Assembly: GCA_964411615.1 (NCBI GenBank)
Contig: CAYPLO010000021.1
Location: forward strand, 1 to 25,966
DNA length: 25,966 nt
Source of the DNA: an uncultured Aquificales bacterium
GTDB taxonomy: Bacteria; Thermosulfidibacterota; Thermosulfidibacteria; Thermosulfidibacterales; Thermosulfidibacteraceae
Direction of reading: 5' to 3'
Below are positions 1 through 10,051 of the stretch, one piece after another. The notes below the pieces were generated by a model, which saw only the letters and a program-made list of their open reading frames with translations, did no database searches and was not told where the DNA came from. Both the position numbers and the translations under genes were made by a program. Numbering within the stretch: position 1 is the stretch's first letter; every line of letters starts with the position of its first letter.

Positions 1-710
1 AGGCAAGTGAGCTCACCAAAAGGTTCGGCTCCAGGGTTGTGGTGGATGGGGTATCTTTAAAGGTGAAGAGGGGTGAGGTTGTGGGTCTTCTCGGTCCCAA
101 CGGGGCGGGCAAGACCACCACCTTCTACATGATGGTGGGGCTTGTGAAGCCCGATGGGGGCAGGATACTCCTTGACGGTGAGGATATAACCTACCTTCCC
201 ATGCACCTTCGGGCCAGGGCCGGTATAGGCTATCTGCCCCAGGAGCCCTCCGTCTTCAGAAAGCTGACCGTCAGGGAGAACATACTTGCGGTGCTGGAGA
301 TGCTGGATGTTCCAGAGAAGGAGAGGGTGGAGAGGACCGAAAGGCTCCTTGAGGAGTTTGGACTGAAAAAGGTTGAGGACGTGAAGGGATACGCCCTCTC
401 CGGGGGGGAGAGGAGGAGGGTGGAGATAGCCAGGGCCCTTTCGGTGCTTCCCAGTTTCATGCTGCTGGATGAACCCTTTGCGGGGCTTGACCCCATAGTG
501 GTGGCGGACCTGCAGGACCTTATAAGGGAGCTGAAGGATAAGGGAATAGGGGTGGTTATCACGGACCACAACGTGAGGGAGACCCTGAAGGTCACCGACA
601 GGGCCTACATCATAAGCGACGGGAGGATTATAGCCGAGGGGACCCCTGAGGAGATAGCCTCCATGCCCCAGGTGAGGGATGTCTATCTGGGGAGGGAGTT
701 TGAGCTGTGA
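1..710 (+). CDS. lptB: LPS export ABC transporter ATP-binding protein (5' partial)
   Basis: Frame is open from the window edge ([16 protein letters not shown]...). Walker [22 protein letters not shown], signature [34 protein letters not shown]-terminal VYLGREFEL. Classic position upstream of rpoN. Confidence 0.95.
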   Translation, partial: ASELTKRFGSRVVVDGVSLKVKRGEVVGLLGPNGAGKTTTFYMMVGLVKPDGGRILLDGEDITYLPMHLRARAGIGYLPQEPSVFRKLTVRENILAVLEMLDVPEKERVERTERLLEEFGLKKVEDVKGYALSGGERRRVEIARALSVLPSFMLLDEPFAGLDPIVVADLQDLIRELKDKGIGVVITDHNVRETLKVTDRAYIISDGRIIAEGTPEEIASMPQVRDVYLGREFEL

Positions 711-1891
711 AGCAGAGGCTTGAGGTAACGGTTCAGCCGAAGCTCATCCTCACTCCTGAGATGCAGGTCTCCTTGGAGGTGCTCACCGCCTCCCTGCTGG
801 AGCTGAGGGAGATGGTTGATAGGGAGCTTCTTGAGAACCCCTTCCTTGAGGAGGCCCCTCCACCTCCTGATGCCTACTACCCCGAGGAGGATGAACTGCC
901 CTGGTGGGAGAGGCTTCCTGCCAGGGAGGAGACTCTGAGGGAGAGGCTTCTCAGGCAGGTGGCGGTTCTCTCCTGCCAGGATGGGGAGAGGGCCGTATAC
1001 ATGGCCATAGCCAGAAGCGTTGACGAGAGGGGCTTCCTCGGGGAGGAGCCCTCAGAGCTGGCGAAGAGACTTGGAGTTGAGCATGGACTCTTTGAGAGGA
1101 TGAGATGGGAGTTCATGGGCCTTGTTGAGCCTGAGGGGTGTGGAGCTGTCTCCTTTGAGGAGTTTTTGAGGTTTCAGCTGCTAAAGATGGGCTACAGGGT
1201 GGATAACCTCTCTTCCGAGGAGCTGGTCAGAATCGCTCAGGGGCTGGACTCTATAAAGCCGTATCCTGCCTACGGTATGGGGGAGCTTGATATCTCTTAC
1301 GTGGAGCCCGATGCCTTCGTGGTGAAGGTGGGGGAGGAGTATCAGGTCTACCTCAACGAGAGGTACACGCCGAGGCTTGTTTTTAACGAAAACTACCGGG
1401 AGCTGCTTTACAGGAGGGACCTGGACTCCGAGACTGAAGAGTTCCTCAAGGGGAAGATGAAGAGGGCACTGCACCTGATGAAGGCCATAGAGCAGAGGAA
1501 CAGAACCCTGAGGAGAACCGTTGAGGCCATAGTGGAGTTTGAGAGGGAGTTCCTTGACAGGGGACCTGCCTACATGAGGCCCCTCAACCTGAAGGATGTG
1601 GCGGAGAAGGTAAAGTTGCACATCTCCACCGTGAGCAGGGTGGTGAACTCAAAGTACGTTCACACACCCCAGGGCACGTATCCTCTAAAGTTCTTCTTTG
1701 AGGATAAGGCCTACAGGGTTAAGGTGCGCATAAGGGAGCTGATAGAGTCCGAGGACAAGAGGAGGCCCCTGAGCGATAGCGCCATAGCGCGCTTGCTGAA
1801 GGCCGAGGGGTTTGATATTGCACGTAGAACCGTGGCAAAGTATAGGGAGGAGCTGGGAATACCATCTTCTTCTAAGAGGAGGTTGAGGTAA
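707..1891 (+). CDS. rpoN: RNA polymerase sigma-54 factor (short, 394 aa)
   Basis: Region I with Q/L-rich stretch and ENPFLE; HTH region [14 protein letters not shown]; RpoN box [14 protein letters not shown] overlap with the lptB stop. Confidence 0.95.
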   Translation: MKQRLEVTVQPKLILTPEMQVSLEVLTASLLELREMVDRELLENPFLEEAPPPPDAYYPEEDELPWWERLPAREETLRERLLRQVAVLSCQDGERAVYMAIARSVDERGFLGEEPSELAKRLGVEHGLFERMRWEFMGLVEPEGCGAVSFEEFLRFQLLKMGYRVDNLSSEELVRIAQGLDSIKPYPAYGMGELDISYVEPDAFVVKVGEEYQVYLNERYTPRLVFNENYRELLYRRDLDSETEEFLKGKMKRALHLMKAIEQRNRTLRRTVEAIVEFEREFLDRGPAYMRPLNLKDVAEKVKLHISTVSRVVNSKYVHTPQGTYPLKFFFEDKAYRVKVRIRELIESEDKRRPLSDSAIARLLKAEGFDIARRTVAKYREELGIPSSSKRRLR

Positions 1892-2415
1892 TGCAGGTGA
1901 TTATCTCTGGTAAGAATGTGGAGCTTACCGATGCCCTTAAGAGCTATGTGGAGAAGAAGGTTAAAAGGCTGGAGAAGTACCTTGAGGAGCCCATAACCAT
2001 CCAGGTTGTTCTCTCTTCCGAGAAGTTCAGAAGGATAGCCGATATGACCGTCTCCTCCAAGGAGGGCGTCTTCCACGGCTCCGAGGAGTCCCACGACATG
2101 TACACCTCCATAGACAAGGTGGTTGACACCATGGAGATAACCCTCAGGAGGAGGAAGGAGAAGATAAAGGAGGCCAAGTTCAGGGGACCGAGGCCCGGTT
2201 CGGGACAGGAGTTTGTGGAGTCTCCCGAGCCTGTCCATGTGGAGCCCCAGATAATAGAGGAGAAGGTGGATGCAAAGCCCATGAGTGTGGAGGAGGCCGT
2301 TCTTCAGCTTGATGCCCTGAACAGAAGCTTTCTGGCCTTTGTCAATGCGGCCACCGGCAGGATGAACGTCATCTACAAGAGGAAGGACGGCAACTACGGC
2401 CTGATAGTGCCCTGA
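1891..2415 (+). CDS. hpf: Ribosome hibernation promoting factor, long form (sigma-54 modulation protein)
   Basis: N-terminal [23 protein letters not shown] and DMYTSID; C-terminal KPMSVEEAVLQL and VIYKRKDGNYGLI domain of long HPF; directly follows rpoN. Confidence 0.93.
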   Translation: MQVIISGKNVELTDALKSYVEKKVKRLEKYLEEPITIQVVLSSEKFRRIADMTVSSKEGVFHGSEESHDMYTSIDKVVDTMEITLRRRKEKIKEAKFRGPRPGSGQEFVESPEPVHVEPQIIEEKVDAKPMSVEEAVLQLDALNRSFLAFVNAATGRMNVIYKRKDGNYGLIVP

Positions 2416-2417
2416 CC

Positions 2418-2897
2418 ATGAGGTTTACCGATTACCTCTCCCTGGACAGGATTATAAAGGAGGTGTCTTCCACTTCCAAAGAGGAGGTGTTGGAGGAGAT
2501 AGTCTCCATCCTCAGGGAGAGGGGGGTTATAGAGGATTCGGAGCCGTATCTCACCGCCCTTCTGGAACGGGAGCGGCTTTGCAGCACTGGGATAGGTAGG
2601 GGCGTTGCCATTCCCCATGCGAAGCTGAAAAGCCTTAAAAAGATGCTCCTCTCCTTCGTTCGCTCTTCTAAGGGGGTGGACTTCGACTCCCTTGATAGGA
2701 AACCTGTACATTTCATTTTTGTCATCTTCACGCCGGAGGATGTGCCCGAGGAGTATTTGGTGCTTCTGGCCTCCATCTCCCGTCTGGCCAAGGACGAGTC
2801 CTTCAGGAAGGCGGTTATGGAGGCGACCACTGAGGAGGAGATTCTGAGGCTTTTTGAGGAGAAGGACAGGGAGCTTGCAAAAGAGGATTCTGGTTAA
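2418..2897 (+). CDS. ptsN: PTS EIIA component, Ntr/fructose-type
   Basis: LLERE..STGIGRGVAIPH (phospho-His) and GVDFDSLD..PV motifs; located in the rpoN operon. Confidence 0.9.
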   Translation: MRFTDYLSLDRIIKEVSSTSKEEVLEEIVSILRERGVIEDSEPYLTALLERERLCSTGIGRGVAIPHAKLKSLKKMLLSFVRSSKGVDFDSLDRKPVHFIFVIFTPEDVPEEYLVLLASISRLAKDESFRKAVMEATTEEEILRLFEEKDRELAKEDSG

Positions 2898-3819
2898 GGA
2901 GTTTTACGAAGACCTCAAAGGCACCCTCTCCTTTGAGATACTCGGAGGGGAGGGGGGCTTTTACAAGGTTATAGGAAACTACAGGATTCAGAAGCCGGGC
3001 CTTGCCCTTGCAGGTTTTCTGAAGCATCTCCACAGGGATAGGGTGCAGGTCTTCGGGGAGACCGAGGTCTCCTATCTTATTGAGATAGGGGAGGAGGAGG
3101 GGAGAAGGAGGATTGAGGCCCTATTCTCCCAGGACCTCTGCTGTGTTGTGGTTACCAAGGGACTTGAGGTCCCCTCCTATATTTCTGCTCTTGCAGACAG
3201 GGCCAATACCTTAGTGTTGCGGTCCCCTATGGTCAGCTCCGTATGCATAGAGGCCATCTCCGACTACCTTGAGGAGAAGCTCTCTCCTGAGGTCAGCCTC
3301 CACGGGGTTCTTGTGGATGTGTTTGGCGTTGGGGTTCTCATAACGGGAAGGAGCGGGGTCGGCAAGAGTGAGTGTGCCCTGGACCTCGTTTACAGGGGGC
3401 ACCGGCTTGTGGCCGATGACATGGTTATCGTGAAGAGGAAGAGGGATGTGCTTTGGGGGACCTCCCCTGTAAGGATACAGCACCTCATGGAGGTGAGGGG
3501 CTTAGGGATAGTGGACATAAAGGACCTCTTCGGCGTCTCCTCCATAAGGGACAGAAAGAGGGTGGATATCGTTGTTGAGCTGGTGAGGTGGGAGCCGGAG
3601 ATGCAGCTTGAGAGGGTAAGTTTTGCGGAGGAGAGCGAGGAGATACTCGGGGTTAAGGTCCCCAAGGTGGTGATACCGGTGACCCCTGGAAGGAACATAA
3701 CCCTGCTGGTGGAGATAGCGGCCCGTCTCTTTCTCCTGAAGAAGGTCTCAAGAAACAGTGTGCCTGTGGAAGACAGGCTATTCTTCGGGGAAGGGGTTGA
3801 TGGGAGAGGGGTTGAGTAG
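2875..3819 (+). CDS. hprK: HPr kinase/phosphorylase
   Basis: IQKPGLALAG, HGVLVDVFGVGVLITGRSGVGKSECAL (Walker A), GHRLVADD, MEVRGLGI, PVTPGRN. Start uncertain (TTG at 2854 or 2875). Confidence 0.95.
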   Translation: MQKRILVKEFYEDLKGTLSFEILGGEGGFYKVIGNYRIQKPGLALAGFLKHLHRDRVQVFGETEVSYLIEIGEEEGRRRIEALFSQDLCCVVVTKGLEVPSYISALADRANTLVLRSPMVSSVCIEAISDYLEEKLSPEVSLHGVLVDVFGVGVLITGRSGVGKSECALDLVYRGHRLVADDMVIVKRKRDVLWGTSPVRIQHLMEVRGLGIVDIKDLFGVSSIRDRKRVDIVVELVRWEPEMQLERVSFAEESEEILGVKVPKVVIPVTPGRNITLLVEIAARLFLLKKVSRNSVPVEDRLFFGEGVDGRGVE

Positions 3820-4711
3820 TCTTGTGATTGTGACGGGACTGTCGGGGGCGGGGAGAACCACAGCCCTCAGGGCCTTTGAGGATTTGAACTTCTACTGTGT
3901 GGACAATCTCCCCTCCGTCTTCCTTGAGCCTCTGGTGGACTACTATGAGAGATTCGGGGGCAAGAGGGGAGTGGCGGTAGGTGTCTACTCAACCAGTGAG
4001 AGGGAGGTGGAGGGGCTTAAGAGTATAATAGAGAAGGTATCCCGGAATCGCAGGGTGTATCTCCTCTTCTTAGAGGCCGAGGACTCGGTGATTATAAGAA
4101 GGTACAGGGAGGCCAAGCGCTCCCATCCCGTTAGTGGAAGTGGCGTTACGAGAGGGGACATTGAGTTTGAGAGGAGGCTGTTTGCCCCTCTAAGGGAGAT
4201 TGCCTGGAGGGTGGTGGATACCAGCAGGATGAGCACCCATCACCTCAGGAGGTTCATCTTTGACCAGTTTGTTCCCCTGTTGAACGGGAAGTTCAAGGTC
4301 TCCATCACCTCCTTCGGCTTTAAGCACGGGATACCGTCCTACTTGGATATCCTCTTTGATGTGAGGGCACTTCCCAACCCCTACTATGAGGACTCTTTGA
4401 GGCACGTGGATGGAACCTACAGGGATGTGGCCGACTTCGTACTCTCCTCCCGTGAGGCCAAGGATTTTGTAGAGTCCCTGTGGAGCTTTCTGTGTTCCTA
4501 CGTGGACTTTTTGAAAGGGGATGGGAGGCTGGTTATAAATATCGGTGTGGGGTGCACAGGGGGTGTCCATCGTTCGGTGGCGGTGGCGGAGTGGCTGGGA
4601 ATGAGGCTGGCGGAGAAGGGCTATCTCGTCTCCCTCTTTCACAGAGAGCTCGGATTGTCCAAGGACCTGGTGGGGAGCCATGAAGAAGGGGAAGGTGGTG
4701 GTCAGCAATAG
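3800..4711 (+). CDS. rapZ: RapZ/YvcJ family P-loop protein
   Basis: VIVTGLSGAGRTTA, YCVDNLP, SFGFKHGIP, FDVRALPNPYY, GCTGGVHRSVA. Start more likely ATG 3800 or TTG 3812 than GTG 3758. Confidence 0.92.
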   Translation: MGEGLSSLVIVTGLSGAGRTTALRAFEDLNFYCVDNLPSVFLEPLVDYYERFGGKRGVAVGVYSTSEREVEGLKSIIEKVSRNRRVYLLFLEAEDSVIIRRYREAKRSHPVSGSGVTRGDIEFERRLFAPLREIAWRVVDTSRMSTHHLRRFIFDQFVPLLNGKFKVSITSFGFKHGIPSYLDILFDVRALPNPYYEDSLRHVDGTYRDVADFVLSSREAKDFVESLWSFLCSYVDFLKGDGRLVINIGVGCTGGVHRSVAVAEWLGMRLAEKGYLVSLFHRELGLSKDLVGSHEEGEGGGQQ

Positions 4712-4958
4712 ATACGGGATACACGCCCGGGTTGCTGCTGAGATAGTGAAGGAGGCTGGAAAGTACAAGTCCACCATATACCTGGAGAAGGTTGACAACG
4801 GCATGAGGGCCAACTGTAAGAGTATACTGGGTCTTCTGGCTCTGGGTGCGGGGAGGGGGACTGTATTAAACCTTGAGGTGGAGGGTGAGGACGAGCAGCA
4901 GGCCTTTGATGCTCTGAAGAGGCTCATCGGAGGGGAGGGGCATGAGGGTGGTGCATAG
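4680..4958 (+). CDS. ptsH: Phosphocarrier protein HPr/NPr
   Basis: NRYGIHAR (His15 equivalent), KSILGLLALG (Ser46 equivalent), EGEDEQQA. Confidence 0.93.
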   Translation: MKKGKVVVSNRYGIHARVAAEIVKEAGKYKSTIYLEKVDNGMRANCKSILGLLALGAGRGTVLNLEVEGEDEQQAFDALKRLIGGEGHEGGA

Positions 4959-6507
4959 GGGGACTCCCCTGTCACCTGGGGTGGCCAGGGGCAGAGTGGT
5001 CTTTGTGTTTCATCTCAAGCCCCAGGTGGGGACAAAGCCCGTCTCCAGCTTCGCCGATGAGCTCAGGAGGTTCTTCAGGGCGCTTAACACGGCCAAGAGG
5101 GACCTTGAGCTTTTGAAGGCCAGAATGGCCAGGTCAAAGGTCCAGAGAGAGGTCCTTGATGTTGTGGACGTCTATCTCATGTTCATAGACGACCCCTCCT
5201 TCTCCAACTATGTGGTTGAGGAGGTGAGGAAGGGTACCTCTGCCGATGTGGCCATCTTCAACTTCTTCAACGAGTATGCCGAGAGACTGCTTTCCACCGG
5301 TGATAGATACCTGAAGGAGAGGGTTAAGGATATAAAATACGTTAAGCGCTTCCTGCTCAACAAGCTCCTCCAGACGGAGATAAGGTGGGACGAGGTTGCC
5401 TCAAGGGGTGAGATACTGGTTGTGCCCTTTATCTCCCCTGTGGATGTGGTCACTGTGGCGGAGAAGGGGATAAAGGGGATAGTGGTTGAGAAGGGGAGTG
5501 AGACCTCCCACACCAGCATAGTGGCCAGGTCCATGGGCATCCCCATGGTGAAGTTGCCCGATGCCACTGAGGTTCTGGAGGAGGGGAGCTTAGTACTGAT
5601 TAACGGCGATACCGGTGAGGTTGTGGTCGAGCCCGGTGAGGGAGAGCGTGTGGGGCCTCCCGAGCCCCTTGAGAGGGTCTCTGTGGATGTGTCCCAGATA
5701 CCCGTTGAGATTTACGCCAATGTGGACTTCCCTGAGGAGGCCAAGGTCCTGAAGGATATGGGGGCCAGGGGGGTTGGCATATTCAGAACGGAGTACATGT
5801 ACCTTGTGTCCCGCAACTGGCCCTCCAAAGAGTTTCAGGTCAATTACCTTCAGAGGCTGTTGAGGAACCTCCCCGATGGTATGCCCGTCACCGTCAGAAT
5901 AGCGGACCTGGGAGGCGAGAAGGTCCCCCTCTACGCAGAGCATATGAGGGAGAGGCTGGACTACAGGGGGATAAGGTTCTTCATGATGGAGGAGGAGCTC
6001 TTTCGCACCCACATAGGAGCAATTTTGGAGGCCTTTGCGGATAGGGAGCTCAGGTTGCTGATACCCATGGTCTCCCACCCTGAGGAGATAAGGTGGGTCA
6101 GGGAGATGCTGGAGAGGGAGCTTTCCAGGGCTGAGAGGGGGCCCGATAACATACTCATAGGGGCAATGGTTGAGACCCCCGCCAGTGTTCTGAGGATTAG
6201 GGAGATAAACGGTATGGTGGACTTTGTAAGCATCGGTAGCAACGACCTCACAAGTCTATTGTATGGTATGGACAGGGGCTGTGCCCTTCCCGACTACTTA
6301 GAGCCCCCTGAGGCCCTTATGGAGTGTATAAGGAGGGTGGTGAGGGTCTGCTCGCCTGAGAAGACCACCCTTTGCGGGGAGGCTGCCAGGGACAGGAGGT
6401 ACCTACCGGAGATACTCTCCGCTGGTGTGAAGAAGCTCAGCGTCAATCCCGCCTTTATACCCAAGCTTGTGGACTGGCTGAGGGGTTACTTCACAAAGGC
6501 TCCTTAG
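4942..6507 (+). CDS. ptsI: PEP-protein phosphotransferase (PTS Enzyme I), compact and without GAF domain
   Basis: [14 protein letters not shown] (phospho-His), [28 protein letters not shown] (catalytic Cys). Confidence 0.9.
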   Translation: MRVVHRGTPLSPGVARGRVVFVFHLKPQVGTKPVSSFADELRRFFRALNTAKRDLELLKARMARSKVQREVLDVVDVYLMFIDDPSFSNYVVEEVRKGTSADVAIFNFFNEYAERLLSTGDRYLKERVKDIKYVKRFLLNKLLQTEIRWDEVASRGEILVVPFISPVDVVTVAEKGIKGIVVEKGSETSHTSIVARSMGIPMVKLPDATEVLEEGSLVLINGDTGEVVVEPGEGERVGPPEPLERVSVDVSQIPVEIYANVDFPEEAKVLKDMGARGVGIFRTEYMYLVSRNWPSKEFQVNYLQRLLRNLPDGMPVTVRIADLGGEKVPLYAEHMRERLDYRGIRFFMMEEELFRTHIGAILEAFADRELRLLIPMVSHPEEIRWVREMLERELSRAERGPDNILIGAMVETPASVLRIREINGMVDFVSIGSNDLTSLLYGMDRGCALPDYLEPPEALMECIRRVVRVCSPEKTTLCGEAARDRRYLPEILSAGVKKLSVNPAFIPKLVDWLRGYFTKAP

Positions 6508-6513
6508 GAGGTG
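6506..6513 (+). promoter_or_regulatory. Shine-Dalgarno sequence AGGAGGTG overlapping the ptsI stop
   Basis: tagGAGGTGataccATG; the ATG is at 6519. Confidence 0.75.
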
Positions 6514-6518
6514 ATACC

Positions 6519-7064
6519 ATGGAGGTTTTGGCTGAGAAGGTTCTTGGGAACGGGAAGGTGGTTAAGGTTGTTATGGGTGACATAACGGAGGAGGATACCG
6601 ACGCCATAGTTAACGCCGCCAACTCCTATCTGAAGCACGGAGGGGGAGTTGCAGGTGCCATAGTGAGAAAGGGGGGAAAGGTTATCCAGGAGGAGAGCGA
6701 CAGGATAGGTTACTGCCCCGTGGGGAAGGCCGTTTACACAAGCGCGGGGAACCTGAAGGCCAAGTACGTGATACACGCCGTTGGTCCCAGATGGGGAGAG
6801 GGAAATGAAGAAAAGAAGCTGAGAAGTGCGGTCAGGAGTGCCCTTGAGGTGGCCACGGAACTTGGACTGAAGAGTGTGGCCCTTCCCGCTATAAGCACGG
6901 GGATATTCGGTTATCCCAAGGAGGAGGGGACCAGGGTGATACTTGAGGAGGTGGTCTCCTTCCTCAAGGAGCGGGACACCAGCCTTGAGGAGGTCCATCT
7001 CACCAACATAGACAGGGAGACCAGCGAGCTCTTTCTCAGGCACCTTGAGGAGGTGGAGCCATGA
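6519..7064 (+). CDS. Macrodomain protein (MacroD/YmdB-type ADP-ribose deacylase/hydrolase)
   Basis: [42 protein letters not shown] 6519 has a strong SD, so it is preferred to the ORF-track start at 6372. Confidence 0.92.
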   Translation: MEVLAEKVLGNGKVVKVVMGDITEEDTDAIVNAANSYLKHGGGVAGAIVRKGGKVIQEESDRIGYCPVGKAVYTSAGNLKAKYVIHAVGPRWGEGNEEKKLRSAVRSALEVATELGLKSVALPAISTGIFGYPKEEGTRVILEEVVSFLKERDTSLEEVHLTNIDRETSELFLRHLEEVEP

Positions 7065-7993
7065 GGCCTGAGGCTGTTGACAGGGTTAAGGTGAGGATAC
7101 TGGTTGACAACTACTACGATGTGCTTTTGCCTTCTACGGCCAATGTGAAGAGGGTGGGGCCTGGTGAGACCAAAAAACCACTTATGGCGGGGCATGGGTA
7201 TGCCTTATTCGTGGAGGTCTTTAAGGGGGACAGCTACGCCAACCTCCTTGTGGACTTCTCCCACTCTCCTGTGGTCCTTCTGCACAACATGGAGTCTCTG
7301 GGCATATCCCCAGACGATGTTCAGACTGCCTTTTTAACCCATGGCCACTACGACCACTTCGGTGGGCTTGTTGAGTTTGCCAGAAAGAGGAGCAAGCCCA
7401 TCTCGGTCTATGTTCATCCCGATGCCTTCTACCCCAAGCTTGTGGTGACTCCTAAGGGGAGGCGGGGGCCCTGGCAGCTGGACAGGAAGGCCTGCGAGGA
7501 GGCAGGAGTGGTCTTCGTTGAGGAGAACATGCCTTCGGTTGTTAACAGATTCTTCCTCGTCTCCGGTGAGATAGAGAGGACCACCGACTTTGAGCGTCCC
7601 TGGCCTGCTGCCAGGGTTATAAAGGGGGATAGGGAGGTTCAGGACTACTTCGTGGACGAACAGGCCGTCGGGGTGCTGGTTAAGGATATGGGGCTGGTTG
7701 TCATCTCCGGTTGCTCCCATCCCGGTATAGTGAACATAGTGAGGCACATGCGCAACATCACCCAGGAGAGGATACTCTGCGTCATAGGCGGGTTCCACTG
7801 GAGCATACTGCCTGAGGATGTGGTGGAGAAGTCCATAGACGCCCTGATGGAGCTTGACGTTGGGCTTGTGGTTCCGTGCCATTGCACGGGCTTTTACCCC
7901 ACTTGTATGGCTTCACGGAAACTGGGTGAGAGGTTTGCGGTGAGCAGTGTGGGGACTGTTATAGAGTTCGGCTCAGGGGGAGACGATGCTTAA
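7061..7993 (+). CDS. MBL-fold metallo-hydrolase (COG1237 / MJ0301-like family)
   Basis: [19 protein letters not shown] (HxHxDH), [25 protein letters not shown]. Confidence 0.85.
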   Translation: MRPEAVDRVKVRILVDNYYDVLLPSTANVKRVGPGETKKPLMAGHGYALFVEVFKGDSYANLLVDFSHSPVVLLHNMESLGISPDDVQTAFLTHGHYDHFGGLVEFARKRSKPISVYVHPDAFYPKLVVTPKGRRGPWQLDRKACEEAGVVFVEENMPSVVNRFFLVSGEIERTTDFERPWPAARVIKGDREVQDYFVDEQAVGVLVKDMGLVVISGCSHPGIVNIVRHMRNITQERILCVIGGFHWSILPEDVVEKSIDALMELDVGLVVPCHCTGFYPTCMASRKLGERFAVSSVGTVIEFGSGGDDA

Positions 7994-8393
7994 GAGGCTC
8001 TTCTTTCTCGCCTTTGTGGCCCTATTTCTGGTTGGAATGGGGGGGAGGGGCCTTGAGACCTTCAAAGAGGTTCCCGTTCCCGAAAGGAACTACACCGTCT
8101 CTTTAACCGATAAAGCCGGGGTCTCTGTCAATGTGAGCATGTTCAGCTGGGAGGGGCAGGTCTACTTTGCCGGATACAGGGGAGACGGAGACTTCACCGT
8201 GGCCTTTGATAAGGTGGAGAGGGCCGAGTTCGGGGAGGTTGATGCCAAGGGTCGTGTTCCCGTGAGGCTCTACCTCAGAGACGGCTCGGCCTTTGAGATG
8301 AGGATGGATGCGGACAGGTACTTCTACGGGAAGACGGAGTACGGAAACTACCGGATAAGGGTGGGAAGCGTCAGGTTCATCAGGTTCCTTTAG
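7986..8393 (+). CDS. Hypothetical exported or membrane-anchored protein with two internal repeats
   Basis: Basic and hydrophobic N-terminus [20 protein letters not shown]; fills the space between neighbours exactly; codon style matches neighbours. Confidence 0.8.
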   Translation: MLKRLFFLAFVALFLVGMGGRGLETFKEVPVPERNYTVSLTDKAGVSVNVSMFSWEGQVYFAGYRGDGDFTVAFDKVERAEFGEVDAKGRVPVRLYLRDGSAFEMRMDADRYFYGKTEYGNYRIRVGSVRFIRFL

Positions 8394-8402
8394 GAGGGTG
8401 GT

Positions 8403-9260
8403 ATGGGCAGAGTGGGCGTTATAGGGGGCTCTGGTCTTTACAAGATGGAGCAGTTTGAGGTTCTGGATACTATTGAGGTGTCCACACCCTTCGGCATGCC
8501 CTCCGATGCTTTGGTGTTGGGCAGGATAGGGGAGAGAGAGGTGGTGTTCCTCCCCAGACACGGTGTTGGCCACAGGCTCCTTCCCTCGGAAATCAACTAC
8601 AGGGCAAACATATACGCCCTGAAGAGTTTGGGGGTTGAGTGGGTCATATCCGTGAGCGCTGTGGGCTCCATGAAGGAAAAGATAAGGCCCGGGGATTTCG
8701 TTATACCCGACCAGTTCATAGACTTGACCAAGGGCAGAAAGAGCACCTTCTTCGGAGATGGACTTGTGGCCCATGTCTCCTTTGCAGACCCCGTCTGTCC
8801 GGTCCTTTCGTCTCTTCTTTATGAGGCTGCCTCCAGGTTGGGGTACAGGGTTCACAGGGGCGGCACCTACCTGTGCATAGAGGGGCCCCAGTTCTCAACG
8901 AGGGCCGAATCGCTCCTTTACAGGAGCTGGGGGGTGGACGTTATAGGCATGACCAACGCCACCGAGGCCAAGCTGGCTAAGGAGGCGGAGCTCTGTTACG
9001 CCACCGTTGCCATGGCCACCGATTACGACTGCTGGCATGAGGCTGAGGAGGATGTGAGTGCCGATGCCGTCATAAAGGTGCTCATGGACAACGTGGAGAG
9101 GGCCAAGAGGCTCATACTTGAGGTGGTCCCTGAGATACCCGAGGAGAGAGACTGTGCCTGCAAGGATGCCTTGGCCAATGCCATAATAACGGACAGGGGA
9201 CGGATACCTCCTGAGACCAAAAGGAGACTGGAGCTCATAGCTGGAAGGTATCTTAAATGA
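8403..9260 (+). CDS. mtnP: S-methyl-5'-thioadenosine phosphorylase
   Basis: [65 protein letters not shown]. Confidence 0.93.
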   Translation: MGRVGVIGGSGLYKMEQFEVLDTIEVSTPFGMPSDALVLGRIGEREVVFLPRHGVGHRLLPSEINYRANIYALKSLGVEWVISVSAVGSMKEKIRPGDFVIPDQFIDLTKGRKSTFFGDGLVAHVSFADPVCPVLSSLLYEAASRLGYRVHRGGTYLCIEGPQFSTRAESLLYRSWGVDVIGMTNATEAKLAKEAELCYATVAMATDYDCWHEAEEDVSADAVIKVLMDNVERAKRLILEVVPEIPEERDCACKDALANAIITDRGRIPPETKRRLELIAGRYLK

Positions 9261-10051
9261 GGGTGGCCTTCGTAGGTGCAGGCAGAGTAGGAATATCCCT
9301 TGCCTGCTTCTTTAAAAGCAGAGGTATCCCTGTGGTGGGAATTGTGGCAAGAAGTGAAGCCTCTGCCTCAAGGGTTGTGAAGCACTTGGGTGAACATGCT
9401 CTATTCACCCGCATGGAGGATGTGCCTCCCGTTGATGTGCTCTTTCTGACTGTGAAGGATTCTGCCATAAAGGATGTGGCTGCCAGAGCCAGGGCCCTTT
9501 TTCCCCACGCTGTGATTGTCCACACAAGCGGTGCCCATCCGTCCACCCTCATACCCGGTGAGGGGAGGGCATCCCTGCATCCCTTACAGAGTCTGGCCCA
9601 GCTTGAGGTGGCCCTTGAGGTTATACCCGGAAGCCTCTTCACCCTTGAGGGGGATGAGAAGGGGGTCCGTGCCGTTGGGGAGCTTGCCGAAAGGGCGGGA
9701 CTTGACGTTGTCCAAATATCTCCCCAGAAGAAACCCCTTTATCATGCCGCTGCGGTGGTGGCGTCAAACTACCTGGTCACCCTCATGTATGAGGCGCTGA
9801 AGATTCTTGAGCTCTCCGGGTTTCCTCTGGATAGGGGAGTTGAGGGGCTCGTCTGTCTGGCTGAGGGGACGTTGAGGAACATAAAGGCAAAGGGGGTTCC
9901 CCATGCCCTTACAGGCCCGATAGCCAGGGGTGACTGGGATACGGTGAGGCTCCACCTTGAGGAGCTGTCCGGAGCAGGTGAGCCTGAGGAGTTTTATAGA
10001 TACATGGCCAGGCTTACTGCAAGGATGATAGGGGTTGAGCCTGAGCTATGA
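9257..10051 (+). CDS. Rossmann-like + DUF2520 oxidoreductase (PanG-like putative ketopantoate reductase)
   Basis: GAGRVG dinucleotide-binding motif, [40 protein letters not shown]. Confidence 0.85.
   Translation: MRVAFVGAGRVGISLACFFKSRGIPVVGIVARSEASASRVVKHLGEHALFTRMEDVPPVDVLFLTVKDSAIKDVAARARALFPHAVIVHTSGAHPSTLIPGEGRASLHPLQSLAQLEVALEVIPGSLFTLEGDEKGVRAVGELAERAGLDVVQISPQKKPLYHAAAVVASNYLVTLMYEALKILELSGFPLDRGVEGLVCLAEGTLRNIKAKGVPHALTGPIARGDWDTVRLHLEELSGAGEPEEFYRYMARLTARMIGVEPEL

Noticed and set aside
6372..6518. ORF-track N-terminal extensions (macrodomain 6372, spt 18726, rapZ 3758, ilvN 14825)
   Set aside because: They mostly overlap upstream genes and lack family similarity; downstream starts have better SD sequences.
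7061..7993. Beta-lactamase resistance gene or methanopterin-pathway enzyme
   Set aside because: No signal peptide and the motifs are COG1237-type; the methanopterin-related label on this family has no supporting context here.
6519..7993. Macrodomain + MBL as an anti-phage or toxin-antitoxin system (DarTG, Thoeris)
   Set aside because: Stand-alone housekeeping MacroD-type domain; no ART toxin, TIR or SIR2 partner; codon style matches the core genes; no mobility signs.
9257..10051. DUF2520 Rossmann protein as the missing ceramide reductase
   Set aside because: It has a 6PGDH-like/DUF2520 motif set rather than the SDR/NDUFA9-type of CerR, and lies about 9 kb from spt.
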